Positions 44,343-53,890 of a DNA stretch of 55,589 nt are shown here, in pieces. The stretch's first letter is position 1, and each line of letters begins with the position of its first letter. Both the position numbers and the translations under genes were made by a program. The notes beneath the pieces are model-generated. The model saw only the letters and a list, made by a program, of their open reading frames with translations, made no database searches and had not been told where the DNA came from. This stretch comes from Steroidobacteraceae bacterium (GTDB lineage: Bacteria > Pseudomonadota > Gammaproteobacteria > Steroidobacterales > Steroidobacteraceae), in NCBI GenBank assembly GCA_036743675.1, contig DAINPA010000002.1, positions 1 to 55,589 on the forward strand. Direction: 5' to 3'.

Positions 44343-44362
44343 AACTACAGGAGAATTCACTC

Positions 44363-44689
44363 ATGATGAAAGGCGGACTGGGCAATCTGATGCGCCAAGC
44401 TCAGCAGATGCAGGAGACCATGCAAAAGGTTCAGGCGGAACTTGCGGATATCGAGGTGACCGGGGAGTCGGGCGCCGGCATGGTGAAAATCGTGATGAAC
44501 GGGCGCCATGAAGCAAAAAGCGCGACCATCGATCCCAAATTGGCGGCCGAAGAGATGGGTCTGCTCGAGGATTTGGTGGTCGCGGCGGTCAACGATGCGG
44601 TGCGAAAGATCGCCGCGCGCAGCCAGGAAAAATATGCGGGACTGATGTCCGGATTGAATCTGCCGCCCGGTATGAAGCTGCCGTTTTGA
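44363..44689 (+). CDS. ybaB: Nucleoid-associated protein YbaB/EbfC
   Basis: [43 protein letters not shown]. The dnaX-ybaB-recR order is conserved. Confidence 0.93.
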   Translation: MMKGGLGNLMRQAQQMQETMQKVQAELADIEVTGESGAGMVKIVMNGRHEAKSATIDPKLAAEEMGLLEDLVVAAVNDAVRKIAARSQEKYAGLMSGLNLPPGMKLPF

Positions 44690-44702
44690 TTATTTATCGC
44701 CG

Positions 44703-45302
44703 ATGAAATACACGCCCACCCTCGCGCGGTTGATCGACTCCCTGCGCTGCCTGCCCGGCGTCGGCCCGAAGTCGGCGCAGCGCATGGCGTTTTATTTATT
44801 GGAGCGCGATCGCGACGGGGGCCGGATGCTGAGTCAGGCATTGGCCGATGCTCTTGCGCAGGTCGGACGCTGCAAGCGCTGCCGCATGCTCACCGAGAGC
44901 GAACTGTGCACGATATGCGCCTCGGATCGCCGCGATGTGGCGCAGCTGTGCGTGGTCGAATCGCCCGCAGACGTGGTCGCCATCGAGCAATCGGGCGGCT
45001 TTCGCGGCCGTTACTTCGTACTGATGGGACACTTGTCGCCGCTCGATGGAATCGGGCCGGCGCAGCTCGGGCTGGACGAGTTCGAGCGGCTGCTCGGCGG
45101 CGGCGAAGTGCGCGAAGTGATCCTCGCCACCAATCCGACCGTGGAAGGCGAGGCGACCGCACATTACCTCGGCGAGCTGGCTTTGCGTTTGGGCCTGAAG
45201 GCGTCACGCATCGCGCATGGGGTGCCGGTCGGCGGCGAATTGGAATACGTCGACGGCGGCACGCTCGCTCATGCGCTGGCGGGCCGCACCAGCCTTTCAT
45301 GA
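44703..45302 (+). CDS. recR: Recombination protein RecR
   Basis: [17 protein letters not shown], zinc finger [16 protein letters not shown], and the Toprim region. Confidence 0.96.
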   Translation: MKYTPTLARLIDSLRCLPGVGPKSAQRMAFYLLERDRDGGRMLSQALADALAQVGRCKRCRMLTESELCTICASDRRDVAQLCVVESPADVVAIEQSGGFRGRYFVLMGHLSPLDGIGPAQLGLDEFERLLGGGEVREVILATNPTVEGEATAHYLGELALRLGLKASRIAHGVPVGGELEYVDGGTLAHALAGRTSLS

Positions 45303-45313
45303 GGCGCTTCGCT

Positions 45314-46213
45314 TCACGGCGCCAGTCGTTCGTAGAGGCGATATAGCCGGCGGTAGCTTTCGTAGCGGCGCGCGCTGATGCGTTCGCTCGAAACGGCGGC
45401 GCGCACCGCACAGCCCGGCTCTTGCAGGTGACGGCAATCGTTGAATCGGCAATCGAGGCCGAACCTGTGGATCTCGACAAAGCCGCGCTCCGCGGCGCAC
45501 ACGATGCTCGCCGGAGGTGCGAAATCGCGCACTCCGGGCGCATCGACGATGGCCGAATCAACGCCCGACCGCAAGTGGTACCAGCGCGCGGTGGTGGTGG
45601 TATGCCGGCCCTCGGTATCGCGGGTCAGCTCGGCGGTTTGCGCCGCCGCATCGGGCGTCAGCGCATTGACGATCGAAGACTTGCCGACGCCCGATTGACC
45701 GACCAACAAGGTTACCTGATCGGCGAGCGCCTCACGCAGCTCGGGGATGCCCGCACCCGTGAGCGATGCGACTTCGAGGCATGCAAGGCCCAAGGCCCGA
45801 TAGTTGGCGAGTTCGGATCGGAGCGAATCGATTGCGAGATCGCATTTGTTGACGATCAGCATCGCCCCGATATCCTTCAAAAGCGCCCCTGCCCAGTAGC
45901 GGTCGACCAGGAACCAGTCGGGGGGGGGTTCCGCAGCCACCACGATCGCCAGCCGGTCGATGTTGGCGGCGACGGGTTCAGGGCGGCCTCGCGCATCGAT
46001 GCGCTCGAGCAGGTTACGGCGCGGCTCGATAGATTCGACCGACGAGCCGTCGGCAGCCGCTGCGCAGACCCAGGTGACTCGATCGCCGCAGACGACACGC
46101 TGTTTGCGCCCGGCGAGGGCGCAATGCGCGGCGGATTCGCCGGACTGCACCAGTGCGCCGCGGCCGTAGCTGGCGAGGACGATGCCGCGGCCGCGCGTGC
46201 CTTTCAATTGCAT
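45314..46213 (-). CDS. rsgA: Ribosome small-subunit-dependent GTPase RsgA (YjeQ)
   Basis: From ATG 46213: MQLKGTRGRGIVLASYG (OB fold). Circularly permuted GTPase motifs NKCDL ... GQSGVGKSS. Zinc knuckle CRFNDCRHLQEPGCAV. The ORF-track extension to 46633 runs antisense through orn and is rejected. Divergent from orn as in E. coli. Confidence 0.92.
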   Translation of the reverse strand: MQLKGTRGRGIVLASYGRGALVQSGESAAHCALAGRKQRVVCGDRVTWVCAAAADGSSVESIEPRRNLLERIDARGRPEPVAANIDRLAIVVAAEPPPDWFLVDRYWAGALLKDIGAMLIVNKCDLAIDSLRSELANYRALGLACLEVASLTGAGIPELREALADQVTLLVGQSGVGKSSIVNALTPDAAAQTAELTRDTEGRHTTTTARWYHLRSGVDSAIVDAPGVRDFAPPASIVCAAERGFVEIHRFGLDCRFNDCRHLQEPGCAVRAAVSSERISARRYESYRRLYRLYERLAP

Positions 46214-46252
46214 CGCTCTGCTAACATGTGAGTTTTCACGCTCCGAGACACG

Positions 46253-46798
46253 ATGAAATCCCCCGAAAATCTTGTTTGGATCGATCTTGAGATGACCGGC
46301 CTGCAGCCGGACGCCGATCTCATCATCGAGATTGCCACGATCGTAACCGACAAGCACCTGACGGTGCTCGCCGAAGGTCCGGTGCTCGCCGTGCACCAGA
46401 GCGAGGATACGCTTGCCCGCATGGACGACTGGAACCGCAAGCAGCACGGCGGCTCCGGCTTGAGTGCGCGGGTTCTGGCGAGCCGCATCGATACGGGCGC
46501 GGCGGAACGCCAGACGCTCGCATTTCTCGAACCCTGGGCCGAGCAGGGCCGCTCGCCCATGTGCGGCAACGGCATTTGCCAGGACCGGCGTTTTATGGCG
46601 CGCCAAATGCCCACTCTCGAGCGCTTTTTCCACTACCGAAATCTCGACGTGAGCACGCTCAAGGAATTGGCGCAGCGCTGGGCGCCGCTAATGGCGCAGG
46701 AATTCCAGAAAAGCTCGACGCATCGCGCCCTGGACGACGTGCGCGATTCGATTCGCGAACTGCAGTTCTATCGCGAACGGTTTCTGCGTCTGGCCTGA
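46253..46798 (+). CDS. orn: Oligoribonuclease
   Basis: [12 protein letters not shown] (DEDDh exo I), [26 protein letters not shown]. Confidence 0.96.
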   Translation: MKSPENLVWIDLEMTGLQPDADLIIEIATIVTDKHLTVLAEGPVLAVHQSEDTLARMDDWNRKQHGGSGLSARVLASRIDTGAAERQTLAFLEPWAEQGRSPMCGNGICQDRRFMARQMPTLERFFHYRNLDVSTLKELAQRWAPLMAQEFQKSSTHRALDDVRDSIRELQFYRERFLRLA

Positions 46799-46808
46799 GG
46801 CGGCGGAG

Positions 46809-49190
46809 TCAATTCGGCCGATCGCCGGCGAGAAACATCCACGTTTCGACCACGGTGTCCGGATTCAAGGACAGGCTGTCGATGCCTTGATCGACCAGCC
46901 AGCGGGCGAGTTCAGGGTGATCGGAGGGCCCTTGGCCGCAGATGCCCACGTATTTGCCGAGTGCCTTGCAGCTCTTGATGGTCATGGACATCAGCGCTTT
47001 GACCGCATCGTCGCGCTCGTCGAACAGTTTCGCCACCACCCCGGAATCGCGGTCGAGTCCGAGCGCAAGCTGCGTCATGTCGTTCGAACCGATCGACATG
47101 CCGTCGAAATACTCGAGATAGCGCTCCGCCAGCAGCGCGTTGGTCGGCAGTTCGCACATCATGATGTGCTTCAGCCCGTTCTCGCCGCGTTTGAGGCCGT
47201 TGTCGGCGAGCAGCTGCGTGACCGTCTTCGCTTCGAGAAGGGTGCGTACGAAAGGCACCATGACCTGAACGTTTGTCAAGCCGAACTCATCGCGCACGCG
47301 CTTCAGTGCGCGACATTCGAGCTCGAAGCAGGGTCTGAAGACCTTGTCGATGTAACGCGACGCGCCGCGAAAACCGAGCATCGGATTTTCCTCGTGAGGC
47401 TCGTAGTTCTTGCCGCCGATCAGGTTCGCGTATTCGTTCGACTTGAAATCCGAGAGGCGCACTATCACCGGTTCGGGCGCGAATGCGGCGGCGATCTGCG
47501 CGACCCCTTCGGCCAGCTTGTCGACATAAAAGCTCACCGGATCCGCATACCCGGCAATCTGTTGACCGATGGTCTCCTGCAATTCCGGGCTTAGTTTGTC
47601 GAACTCCAAGAGCGCCCGGGGGTGCACACCGATCATGCGGTTGATGATGAATTCGAGCCGCGCGAGACCGACGCCATTGTTAGGAATGCCGGCGAAATCG
47701 AAGGCACGGTCGGGATTGCCGATGTTCATCATGATCTTGACCGGTACCGGCGGCAGCGAATCCAATTCGATACTGCGTTGATCGTATTCCAGCATTCCGT
47801 CGTACACGTGCCCGGTGTCCCCTTCGGCGCAGGAGACGGTCACCGCCTGATTTTCCCGAATCGCGCTGGTCGCGTTGACGCAGCCGACCACGGCCGGGAT
47901 GCCGAGTTCGCGTGCGATGATGGCGGCGTGGCAGGTGCGGCCGCCCCGATTGGTGACGATGGCCGCGGCGCGCTTCATCACCGGTTCCCAATCCGGGTCG
48001 GTCATGTCGGCGACCAGCACATCGCCGGCCCGCACGCGCGACATTTCCTTCACGTCCCTGATGACGCGCGCATGTCCGGCGCCGATCCGCTGGCCGATAC
48101 TGCGGCCGCTCACCAGCAGGGTCGAGCGAGTCTTGAGCGTGTAGCGCTGGATCGAGCGCCCGGCGCGGCTCTGCACCGTCTCCGGGCGCGCCTGCAGAAT
48201 ATAAAGCTTGCCGGTGAAGCCGTCCTTTCCCCACTCGATGTCCATCGGCGTGCCGTAGTGTTCCTCGATGATCAGGGCTTGCTTTGCCAGGGCCTCGATG
48301 TCGGCCTGGTCGAGCGAAAAGCGCTTCCGCTGCTCGGGCGCGACATCCACGGTGCGAACGCGCTCATCGGTCCCCGGGGCGCCGTAGATCATCTTGATGG
48401 CCTTTTGGCCGAGATTTTTGCGCAGAATCGCGCGGCGCCCGGCCCGCAGCGCCGGCTTGTAGACGTAGAACTCGTCCGGATTGACGGCACCCTGCACCAC
48501 GGTTTCGCCGAGACCATACGCGGAGGTGAGGAACACCACGTCGCGGAACCCGGAATCGGTGTCGAGCGTGAACATGACGCCGGCAGCGCCCAGATCGCTG
48601 CGAACCATGTGCTGAACGCCGACCGACAGCGCCACCGCGTTGTGATCGAAATTGCTGTGCACGCGATAGGCGATCGCCCGGTCGTTGAACAGCGAGGCGA
48701 ATACTTCGTGCATGCACGCGAGCAGCCGCTCCTCGCCGCGCACGTTGAGGAAGGTTTCCTGCTGGCCGGCGAAGGACGCGTCGGGCAGATCCTCGGCGGT
48801 CGCCGATGAGCGCACGGCGACGGCGAACTCATCGCCCTTGGCGGATTTCTGACCCATTTTTCGCCACGCCTCGAGAACTTCGTTCTGCAGCCGGTCCGGA
48901 AAGGGGGTGGCAAGCATCCAGCCGCGAATTTGCCTGCCGATGACGGCAAGCCTCTCCACATCGTCCACGTCGAGCGAGGCGAGGGCTTCGCGGATGCGTT
49001 GATCTAGGCCGGCCTGCGCCAGGAAGTCCCGGTAGGCGTGCGAGGTGGTGGCGAATCCGTCGGGCACCGATACGCCCAGAGCGGCGAGCCGTGAGATCAT
49101 TTCTCCGATCGAGGCGTTCTTGCCGCCTACCAGAGCGACATCCTTGTTCCTTAACTTCTCAAACGGAATGATATACGGCTTGATACTCAT
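46809..49190 (-). CDS. ppsA: Phosphoenolpyruvate synthase
   Basis: From ATG 49190: [31 protein letters not shown]. Phosphohistidine region [22 protein letters not shown]-terminal PEP-utilising domain GICGQ. Confidence 0.96.
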   Translation of the reverse strand: MSIKPYIIPFEKLRNKDVALVGGKNASIGEMISRLAALGVSVPDGFATTSHAYRDFLAQAGLDQRIREALASLDVDDVERLAVIGRQIRGWMLATPFPDRLQNEVLEAWRKMGQKSAKGDEFAVAVRSSATAEDLPDASFAGQQETFLNVRGEERLLACMHEVFASLFNDRAIAYRVHSNFDHNAVALSVGVQHMVRSDLGAAGVMFTLDTDSGFRDVVFLTSAYGLGETVVQGAVNPDEFYVYKPALRAGRRAILRKNLGQKAIKMIYGAPGTDERVRTVDVAPEQRKRFSLDQADIEALAKQALIIEEHYGTPMDIEWGKDGFTGKLYILQARPETVQSRAGRSIQRYTLKTRSTLLVSGRSIGQRIGAGHARVIRDVKEMSRVRAGDVLVADMTDPDWEPVMKRAAAIVTNRGGRTCHAAIIARELGIPAVVGCVNATSAIRENQAVTVSCAEGDTGHVYDGMLEYDQRSIELDSLPPVPVKIMMNIGNPDRAFDFAGIPNNGVGLARLEFIINRMIGVHPRALLEFDKLSPELQETIGQQIAGYADPVSFYVDKLAEGVAQIAAAFAPEPVIVRLSDFKSNEYANLIGGKNYEPHEENPMLGFRGASRYIDKVFRPCFELECRALKRVRDEFGLTNVQVMVPFVRTLLEAKTVTQLLADNGLKRGENGLKHIMMCELPTNALLAERYLEYFDGMSIGSNDMTQLALGLDRDSGVVAKLFDERDDAVKALMSMTIKSCKALGKYVGICGQGPSDHPELARWLVDQGIDSLSLNPDTVVETWMFLAGDRPN

Positions 49191-49258
49191 TGGCTTGTCC
49201 GACGATTGGTTAAGTGAAACACTGCGCTGACAGAGACGCGCCGACATATGGGACTACC

Positions 49259-50083
49259 GTGATCAAACGAACCGTGTTTTTTGTTTCCGACCAGACCGGC
49301 ATCACCGCGGAAACGATGGGCCACAGCCTTATGACACAATTCGACGGCATAGAATTTCGGCAGGTGACTGTGCCATTTATCTCCACCGTTGACAAGGCAA
49401 TAGAGGCGGTGCGCAAGATCGATCTGGTCGGCAAGCAGGAAGGCGTTCGGCCGATCATATTCAGCACCCTGGTGCAGGAGGACGTACGCAACGTGGTTCG
49501 CGGCAGCAGCGGATTATTTCTGGATTTCTTCGACGCGTTTCTCGCGCCCCTCGAGAGCGAATTGAAGACGCAGTCTTCGCATTTCATGAGCCGGACTCAC
49601 CGCATGGCCGACACCCACGCCTACGCCACGCGCATCGATGCCACCAATTTCGCGCTGGCCAACGACGACGGGTCGGTGGTGCGCGACTACGAGCGCGCGG
49701 ACGTCATCCTGATCGGCGTATCGCGCTCCGGAAAAACGCCGACCTGTCTTTACTTGGCGATGCAGTATGGGATTTTCGCGGCCAATTATCCGTTGACCGA
49801 AGATGACTTGGAATCGCGCAAGCTGCCGCGAGGACTCGAGCAGAATTCGCGCAAGCTGTTCGGATTGACGATCAAGCCGGACCGTCTGCAACAAATCCGC
49901 AACGGGCGGCGCCCCGACAGCCGCTATTCGTCGCCGAATCAGGTCGCATTCGAAGTGCGTGCCGCGGAGTCTTTGTTCGAGCGCCACGGCATTCCGGCCA
50001 TCGATACCACGGAATGCTCGATCGAGGAAATATCGACCAGAATACTCGACCGCACCGGCATCGAGCGTCGCGTGCGACCTTGA
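49259..50083 (+). CDS. ppsR: PEP synthase regulatory protein PpsR (bifunctional kinase/pyrophosphorylase, DUF299)
   Basis: RTVFFVSDQTGITAE and P-loop VILIGVSRSGKTPTCLYLA. Divergent from ppsA. Start is GTG 49259 (fits the family N-terminus) or the ORF-track start 49214. Confidence 0.9.
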   Translation: MIKRTVFFVSDQTGITAETMGHSLMTQFDGIEFRQVTVPFISTVDKAIEAVRKIDLVGKQEGVRPIIFSTLVQEDVRNVVRGSSGLFLDFFDAFLAPLESELKTQSSHFMSRTHRMADTHAYATRIDATNFALANDDGSVVRDYERADVILIGVSRSGKTPTCLYLAMQYGIFAANYPLTEDDLESRKLPRGLEQNSRKLFGLTIKPDRLQQIRNGRRPDSRYSSPNQVAFEVRAAESLFERHGIPAIDTTECSIEEISTRILDRTGIERRVRP

Positions 50084-50122
50084 TGAGCCTGAGCGGCTGT
50101 GCCTGCATGGTATAGTCGGATC

Positions 50123-50569
50123 ATGATTGCGGATCAATGGTGTGCGACATCGTGGCGGGCCCGGCCCGGCGGCTTCGTCGGCTTGATGACGCTGTATGAG
50201 AGCAATTTCGTCCGACTTGGCTGGCTGGTCGGCAATCTGCGCGCGATCGACACGCACCGCGTGTCGATCGTCGCCGCGGACTGTGATCTCCATCTCACTC
50301 CGTTGGAGCTGTCCCGCTATACCGGCGTATTTCGCCTGACCTACGAATTTCGAACGGGAACCGCGCGGGTGCGCGATCCCGATCTGGAGGTGTGCGTTTA
50401 TCACGATGCGCGCCTCGCCGAGGTTCGCAGTTTTCGCGGTTTCAAGCGGCATCCGCAGCTCGCAAAATTGCAGTCCGGACTCAAGCGTGAACTGGATCAG
50501 CGCTGGACCCGCAACATGATGCTAAATAAATGGCTGGAATATTGTGCCGAGCGGGGGCATCGGTTCTAG
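50123..50569 (+). CDS. DUF1249 family protein (YqiB-like)
   Basis: LMTLYESNFVRLGWLV...SRYTGVFRLTY...VYHDARLAEV...NKWLEYC parallels my memory of E. coli YqiB (MRLCEMNFSQLRRLL...VRLYHDAMVAEV...ADWLRYC). Start uncertain (GTG 50099, ATG 50123 or ATG 50186). Confidence 0.7.
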   Translation: MIADQWCATSWRARPGGFVGLMTLYESNFVRLGWLVGNLRAIDTHRVSIVAADCDLHLTPLELSRYTGVFRLTYEFRTGTARVRDPDLEVCVYHDARLAEVRSFRGFKRHPQLAKLQSGLKRELDQRWTRNMMLNKWLEYCAERGHRF

Positions 50570-50623
50570 CGGGCAGGCCGCCATGGGTGTCCCGCGGGCT
50601 AATTTCGAGTTCGAGGCGGGACT

Positions 50624-51646
50624 TTGATCGATAAGCTGAGTTTTCTAAAAAGCGGGTTGGAAGGCGGCGGCGTGAGTCCGGACGAGGAGCGGCTGATGCA
50701 GCTCTTCCAGAATCGCGCGGGCCTGAAGAAGGCCTACGCGGACCTCAAGGACGAATTCCACCTGCTGCGCGACCGCCTCAAGCGGCAAGAAGGCGCGACC
50801 ATTCGCGTACAGGAGCAGTTGGACGGGCTGGGCGACCTGCTCGCGGATCTGCGCAGCGGATTTGGCGCACTGGTGTTCTTCCAGCTGCGTGGCTTGTGGA
50901 AGACCTGCCATCAGCAGCTATCCGGCTTCGCCGCGGATCTCACGCGCCAAGCGGAAATTCGCGAATCCGCCAAGTATCAAGCGCAGTGCGAAGTGGCCAA
51001 GAACGCCCGCCTCGCCGATGTCGACCGCCGGCAGCAGGCGGCGCAGGCCGAAGCGGATTTGCAGCGCGAGCGTCTGAGCACGGCGCAAGGCGAGCTGCAA
51101 CGATTGAGCGCATTCTGGCATTACTTCGAGCGCCGCCGGCGGCAGAAGTCGCTCGAGATTCTGCGTCAAGGCGTGGTGAGCGCCGACGCGGGGGTCGGCG
51201 ATTTGCACGCCGAGCGCAGCGCCACCAACAGCGAAGCGCTGAGCGAATTTCCCGGCATATCCTTGGGCGCGCGCCGCAATATCAATTTGGCCATCATCAG
51301 CTATGCTGAGTCGCTGTGCGAGCACGTGGATGCCTATGGTCTGGCGGCCCGCGCCAAAGAGGCCGTGGCGCGCCGCGTCCACGAAATGAGTTTCGGTACG
51401 CGAGCGGATTGCGAAGGTTACATGCAGCGGGTGCAAAAGGCGCAGGCCGCCGTCGCCAATCACAAACTGATCTACGCGGGCGTGAGGGCCAAGCTCGAGC
51501 GGCTACGCGCCATATGCGAATACCGCAATACGGACGATACCGTGCCGACCGCGGACTCGATCGCGGCCGCGGCATCCGCTGCGCCGGCGAGCTGGAACGT
51601 GTTGGCCGAGGATTATTGGGACCTTTACACCTTGCTGCTGCGCTAG
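50624..51646 (+). CDS. Hypothetical soluble coiled-coil-rich protein, no family recognised
   Basis: 340-aa ORF with a TTG start 7 nt after GAGG (50613-50616). Codon usage looks native. Heptad-like charged segments (LKKAYADLKDEFHLLRDRLKRQEG; QAAQAEADLQRERLSTAQGELQRL). No TM segment, signal peptide or catalytic motif that I can recognise. Confidence 0.6.
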   Translation: MIDKLSFLKSGLEGGGVSPDEERLMQLFQNRAGLKKAYADLKDEFHLLRDRLKRQEGATIRVQEQLDGLGDLLADLRSGFGALVFFQLRGLWKTCHQQLSGFAADLTRQAEIRESAKYQAQCEVAKNARLADVDRRQQAAQAEADLQRERLSTAQGELQRLSAFWHYFERRRRQKSLEILRQGVVSADAGVGDLHAERSATNSEALSEFPGISLGARRNINLAIISYAESLCEHVDAYGLAARAKEAVARRVHEMSFGTRADCEGYMQRVQKAQAAVANHKLIYAGVRAKLERLRAICEYRNTDDTVPTADSIAAAASAAPASWNVLAEDYWDLYTLLLR

Positions 51647-51661
51647 CCTCTAGCCGCAGGG

Positions 51662-53794
51662 TCAATGCGCATCGGTGCGCCGCGCTTGCGTCGGCGCGGC
51701 CTTGTGCGCCGATGCCACCGCCATATCGGCCGCGATCTGCGCGGCTTCGTCGAGTATGATTCCCGCAGCGGCGTCTTCCTTTATGTCCTCCAACGACTTG
51801 ACCACGGGCGTACCGTGGGCGGCGCGCCAAGCGTTTTCGCGGGCCAGGCGCTCACTTTCCTGTCGTTTGCGCTCCGCCTCGCGGGTCTTCAGGTTCAAGG
51901 ACAGCGTCTTCTGGCTGCGCATCGCCTCGAGGGCGGCAATGTCGTCATGCAGATAGCGAAAATCGGCGCTGTCGGCGCTGCGCTGCTCATGTAATTTTTG
52001 CAGCGAAACGGCCAGTGGCTTCAAGTCGCCTTCGACTTTGAAACTGGCCGGCTCGATGTGATCCCAGGGCAGGGCGCGGTCGCGGGTGCTTTCGCCGACT
52101 TCGTTGGCGTCGATGAGCGAGGGCAGCAAGATATCCGGAGTGACTCCCCGGTCCTGGGTGCTCTCGCCGGTAATCCGATAATACTTGCCGATGGTCACGT
52201 TGAGCTGCCCGAGCTCGGGCTTGCGGCCGAAAATCGTATAGTTGAGCGGGTGCGCGTTCTGCACCGTGCCTTTGCCGTAGGTTTGCTGGCCGATGATGAG
52301 GCCGCGGCCGTAATCCTGGATTGCGCCGGCGAATATCTCGGATGCCGAGGCGCTGAATCTATCGACCAGCACGATCAAAGGTCCGCTGTAGAAGATCGCG
52401 GGATCGGGATCCTCGTCGACCTCTATGCGTCCGGTGGTATCGCGCAATTGCACCACCGGACCGCGGTCGATGAACAAACCGGTCAGCGACTCCGCCTCCG
52501 GCAGATATCCCCCGCCGTTGGCGCGCAAATCCATGATCAGCACTTCGGCGCCATCCTTGCGCAGCTCGCCGATCAGGCGCTGCACATCGCGGGTGGTGCT
52601 GCGAAAATCCTTGGCGCCGGCGCGGCTGGCGTCGTAATCCTGATAGAAACTCGGCACGGTGATGATGCCGACCTTCACGTCGCGGCCGTTGCGCTGGATG
52701 GTGCGAACCGCCTTGTGCGCCGCCTGCGCTTCGAGCGACACGCGGTTGCGGGTGAATTCGACGACTTTTTGCACCGAACCCGGCGCCGCGCCCGCGGGCA
52801 GCAGCTGCAGGCGCACCAGCGTGCCGCCCGGTCCGCGTATTTTTTGCACGACGTCGTCCAGACGCCATCCGATCACATCGATCAGATCTCCGTTCTTGCC
52901 TTCACCGATGGCCGTGATGCGATCGTTGGCGGAGAGCTTGCCGCTGACGGCGGCGGGTCCGCCCGCGATCACGTCGATCACCGTCACATAGTCATCGGTC
53001 AATTGCAGCGAGGCGCCGATGCCCTCGTAGCTCAAGCTCATTTGAATGTTGTATTCCTCCGAATTGCGCGCGGAGAAATAATTCGAATGCGGATCCAACG
53101 ACAGAACGAAGGCATTCATGAACGCTTCGAATACGTCATCGGGCTTGCTCTGGTCCATGCGCTTGGCCACGCGCTCGTAGCGCTTGCGCAGAACCTCCAC
53201 CGCCTCCGGCCATTGCTTGCCGGCCGTGATCAGCGACAGCGCATCGTTTTTGACGCGTTTGCGCCACAGCTCGTTCATCTCGGCGGCGTTCGCCGGCCAG
53301 GGCTCTTTCTCGCGGTCGAAGTTAAATGATTCGTCCACATCGAAATCCGGCTTCTTGGCGAGCAACTCGATGGCATAATTCATGCGCTCGCGGCTGCGCT
53401 GCTGAAAGCGCCGGAAAATCACGAACGCCGGTTCGACGTCGCCCGCCTTGATGGCATCGTCGAGTTGGTACCGGTAGCGCTCGAACTCGGCGATGTCGCT
53501 CGCATAGAAATAACTTCTGCTGCCGTCGATGGCGTCGAGATAACGGTCGAGTATCAGGCTCGACAGCCGGGCATCGAGCGGCGCCCGCCTGTAATGTTCC
53601 CGCGCCACGATATCGCTCACGCGGCGCGCCACATAATTCTCTTGGTCCGTGGGGGAGAGTGCGGTGCCTGCGGCCGGAGCAGCCGCCGGCGGCGTCATCG
53701 CGGCACCGAGCAATGCCGCCAGTCCAACCGCACTTGCGCAGACGGCGAGCGCCGAAATCCAGCGCGAGCCCTTGGCCCAAGGCCTATTAGTCAT
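51662..53794 (-). CDS. prc: Tail-specific (C-terminal processing) protease Prc, S41 family
   Basis: From ATG 53794: MTNRPWAKGSRWISALAVCASAVGLAALLGA (signal). PDZ region. S41 catalytic core LIVLVDRFSASASEIFAGAIQDYGRGLIIGQQTYGKGTVQ. The ORF-track extension to 53998 is rejected. Confidence 0.93.
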   Translation of the reverse strand: MTNRPWAKGSRWISALAVCASAVGLAALLGAAMTPPAAAPAAGTALSPTDQENYVARRVSDIVAREHYRRAPLDARLSSLILDRYLDAIDGSRSYFYASDIAEFERYRYQLDDAIKAGDVEPAFVIFRRFQQRSRERMNYAIELLAKKPDFDVDESFNFDREKEPWPANAAEMNELWRKRVKNDALSLITAGKQWPEAVEVLRKRYERVAKRMDQSKPDDVFEAFMNAFVLSLDPHSNYFSARNSEEYNIQMSLSYEGIGASLQLTDDYVTVIDVIAGGPAAVSGKLSANDRITAIGEGKNGDLIDVIGWRLDDVVQKIRGPGGTLVRLQLLPAGAAPGSVQKVVEFTRNRVSLEAQAAHKAVRTIQRNGRDVKVGIITVPSFYQDYDASRAGAKDFRSTTRDVQRLIGELRKDGAEVLIMDLRANGGGYLPEAESLTGLFIDRGPVVQLRDTTGRIEVDEDPDPAIFYSGPLIVLVDRFSASASEIFAGAIQDYGRGLIIGQQTYGKGTVQNAHPLNYTIFGRKPELGQLNVTIGKYYRITGESTQDRGVTPDILLPSLIDANEVGESTRDRALPWDHIEPASFKVEGDLKPLAVSLQKLHEQRSADSADFRYLHDDIAALEAMRSQKTLSLNLKTREAERKRQESERLARENAWRAAHGTPVVKSLEDIKEDAAAGIILDEAAQIAADMAVASAHKAAPTQARRTDAH

Positions 53795-53890
53795 CACTGT
53801 ACCCTTTCTCCTGTAAACTGCGTGGTCATTGAGGTCGCCCAAGACTAGACGAGCCCATGTCGCAAGCCAAGTGTATACGAGCTTGAAGAT

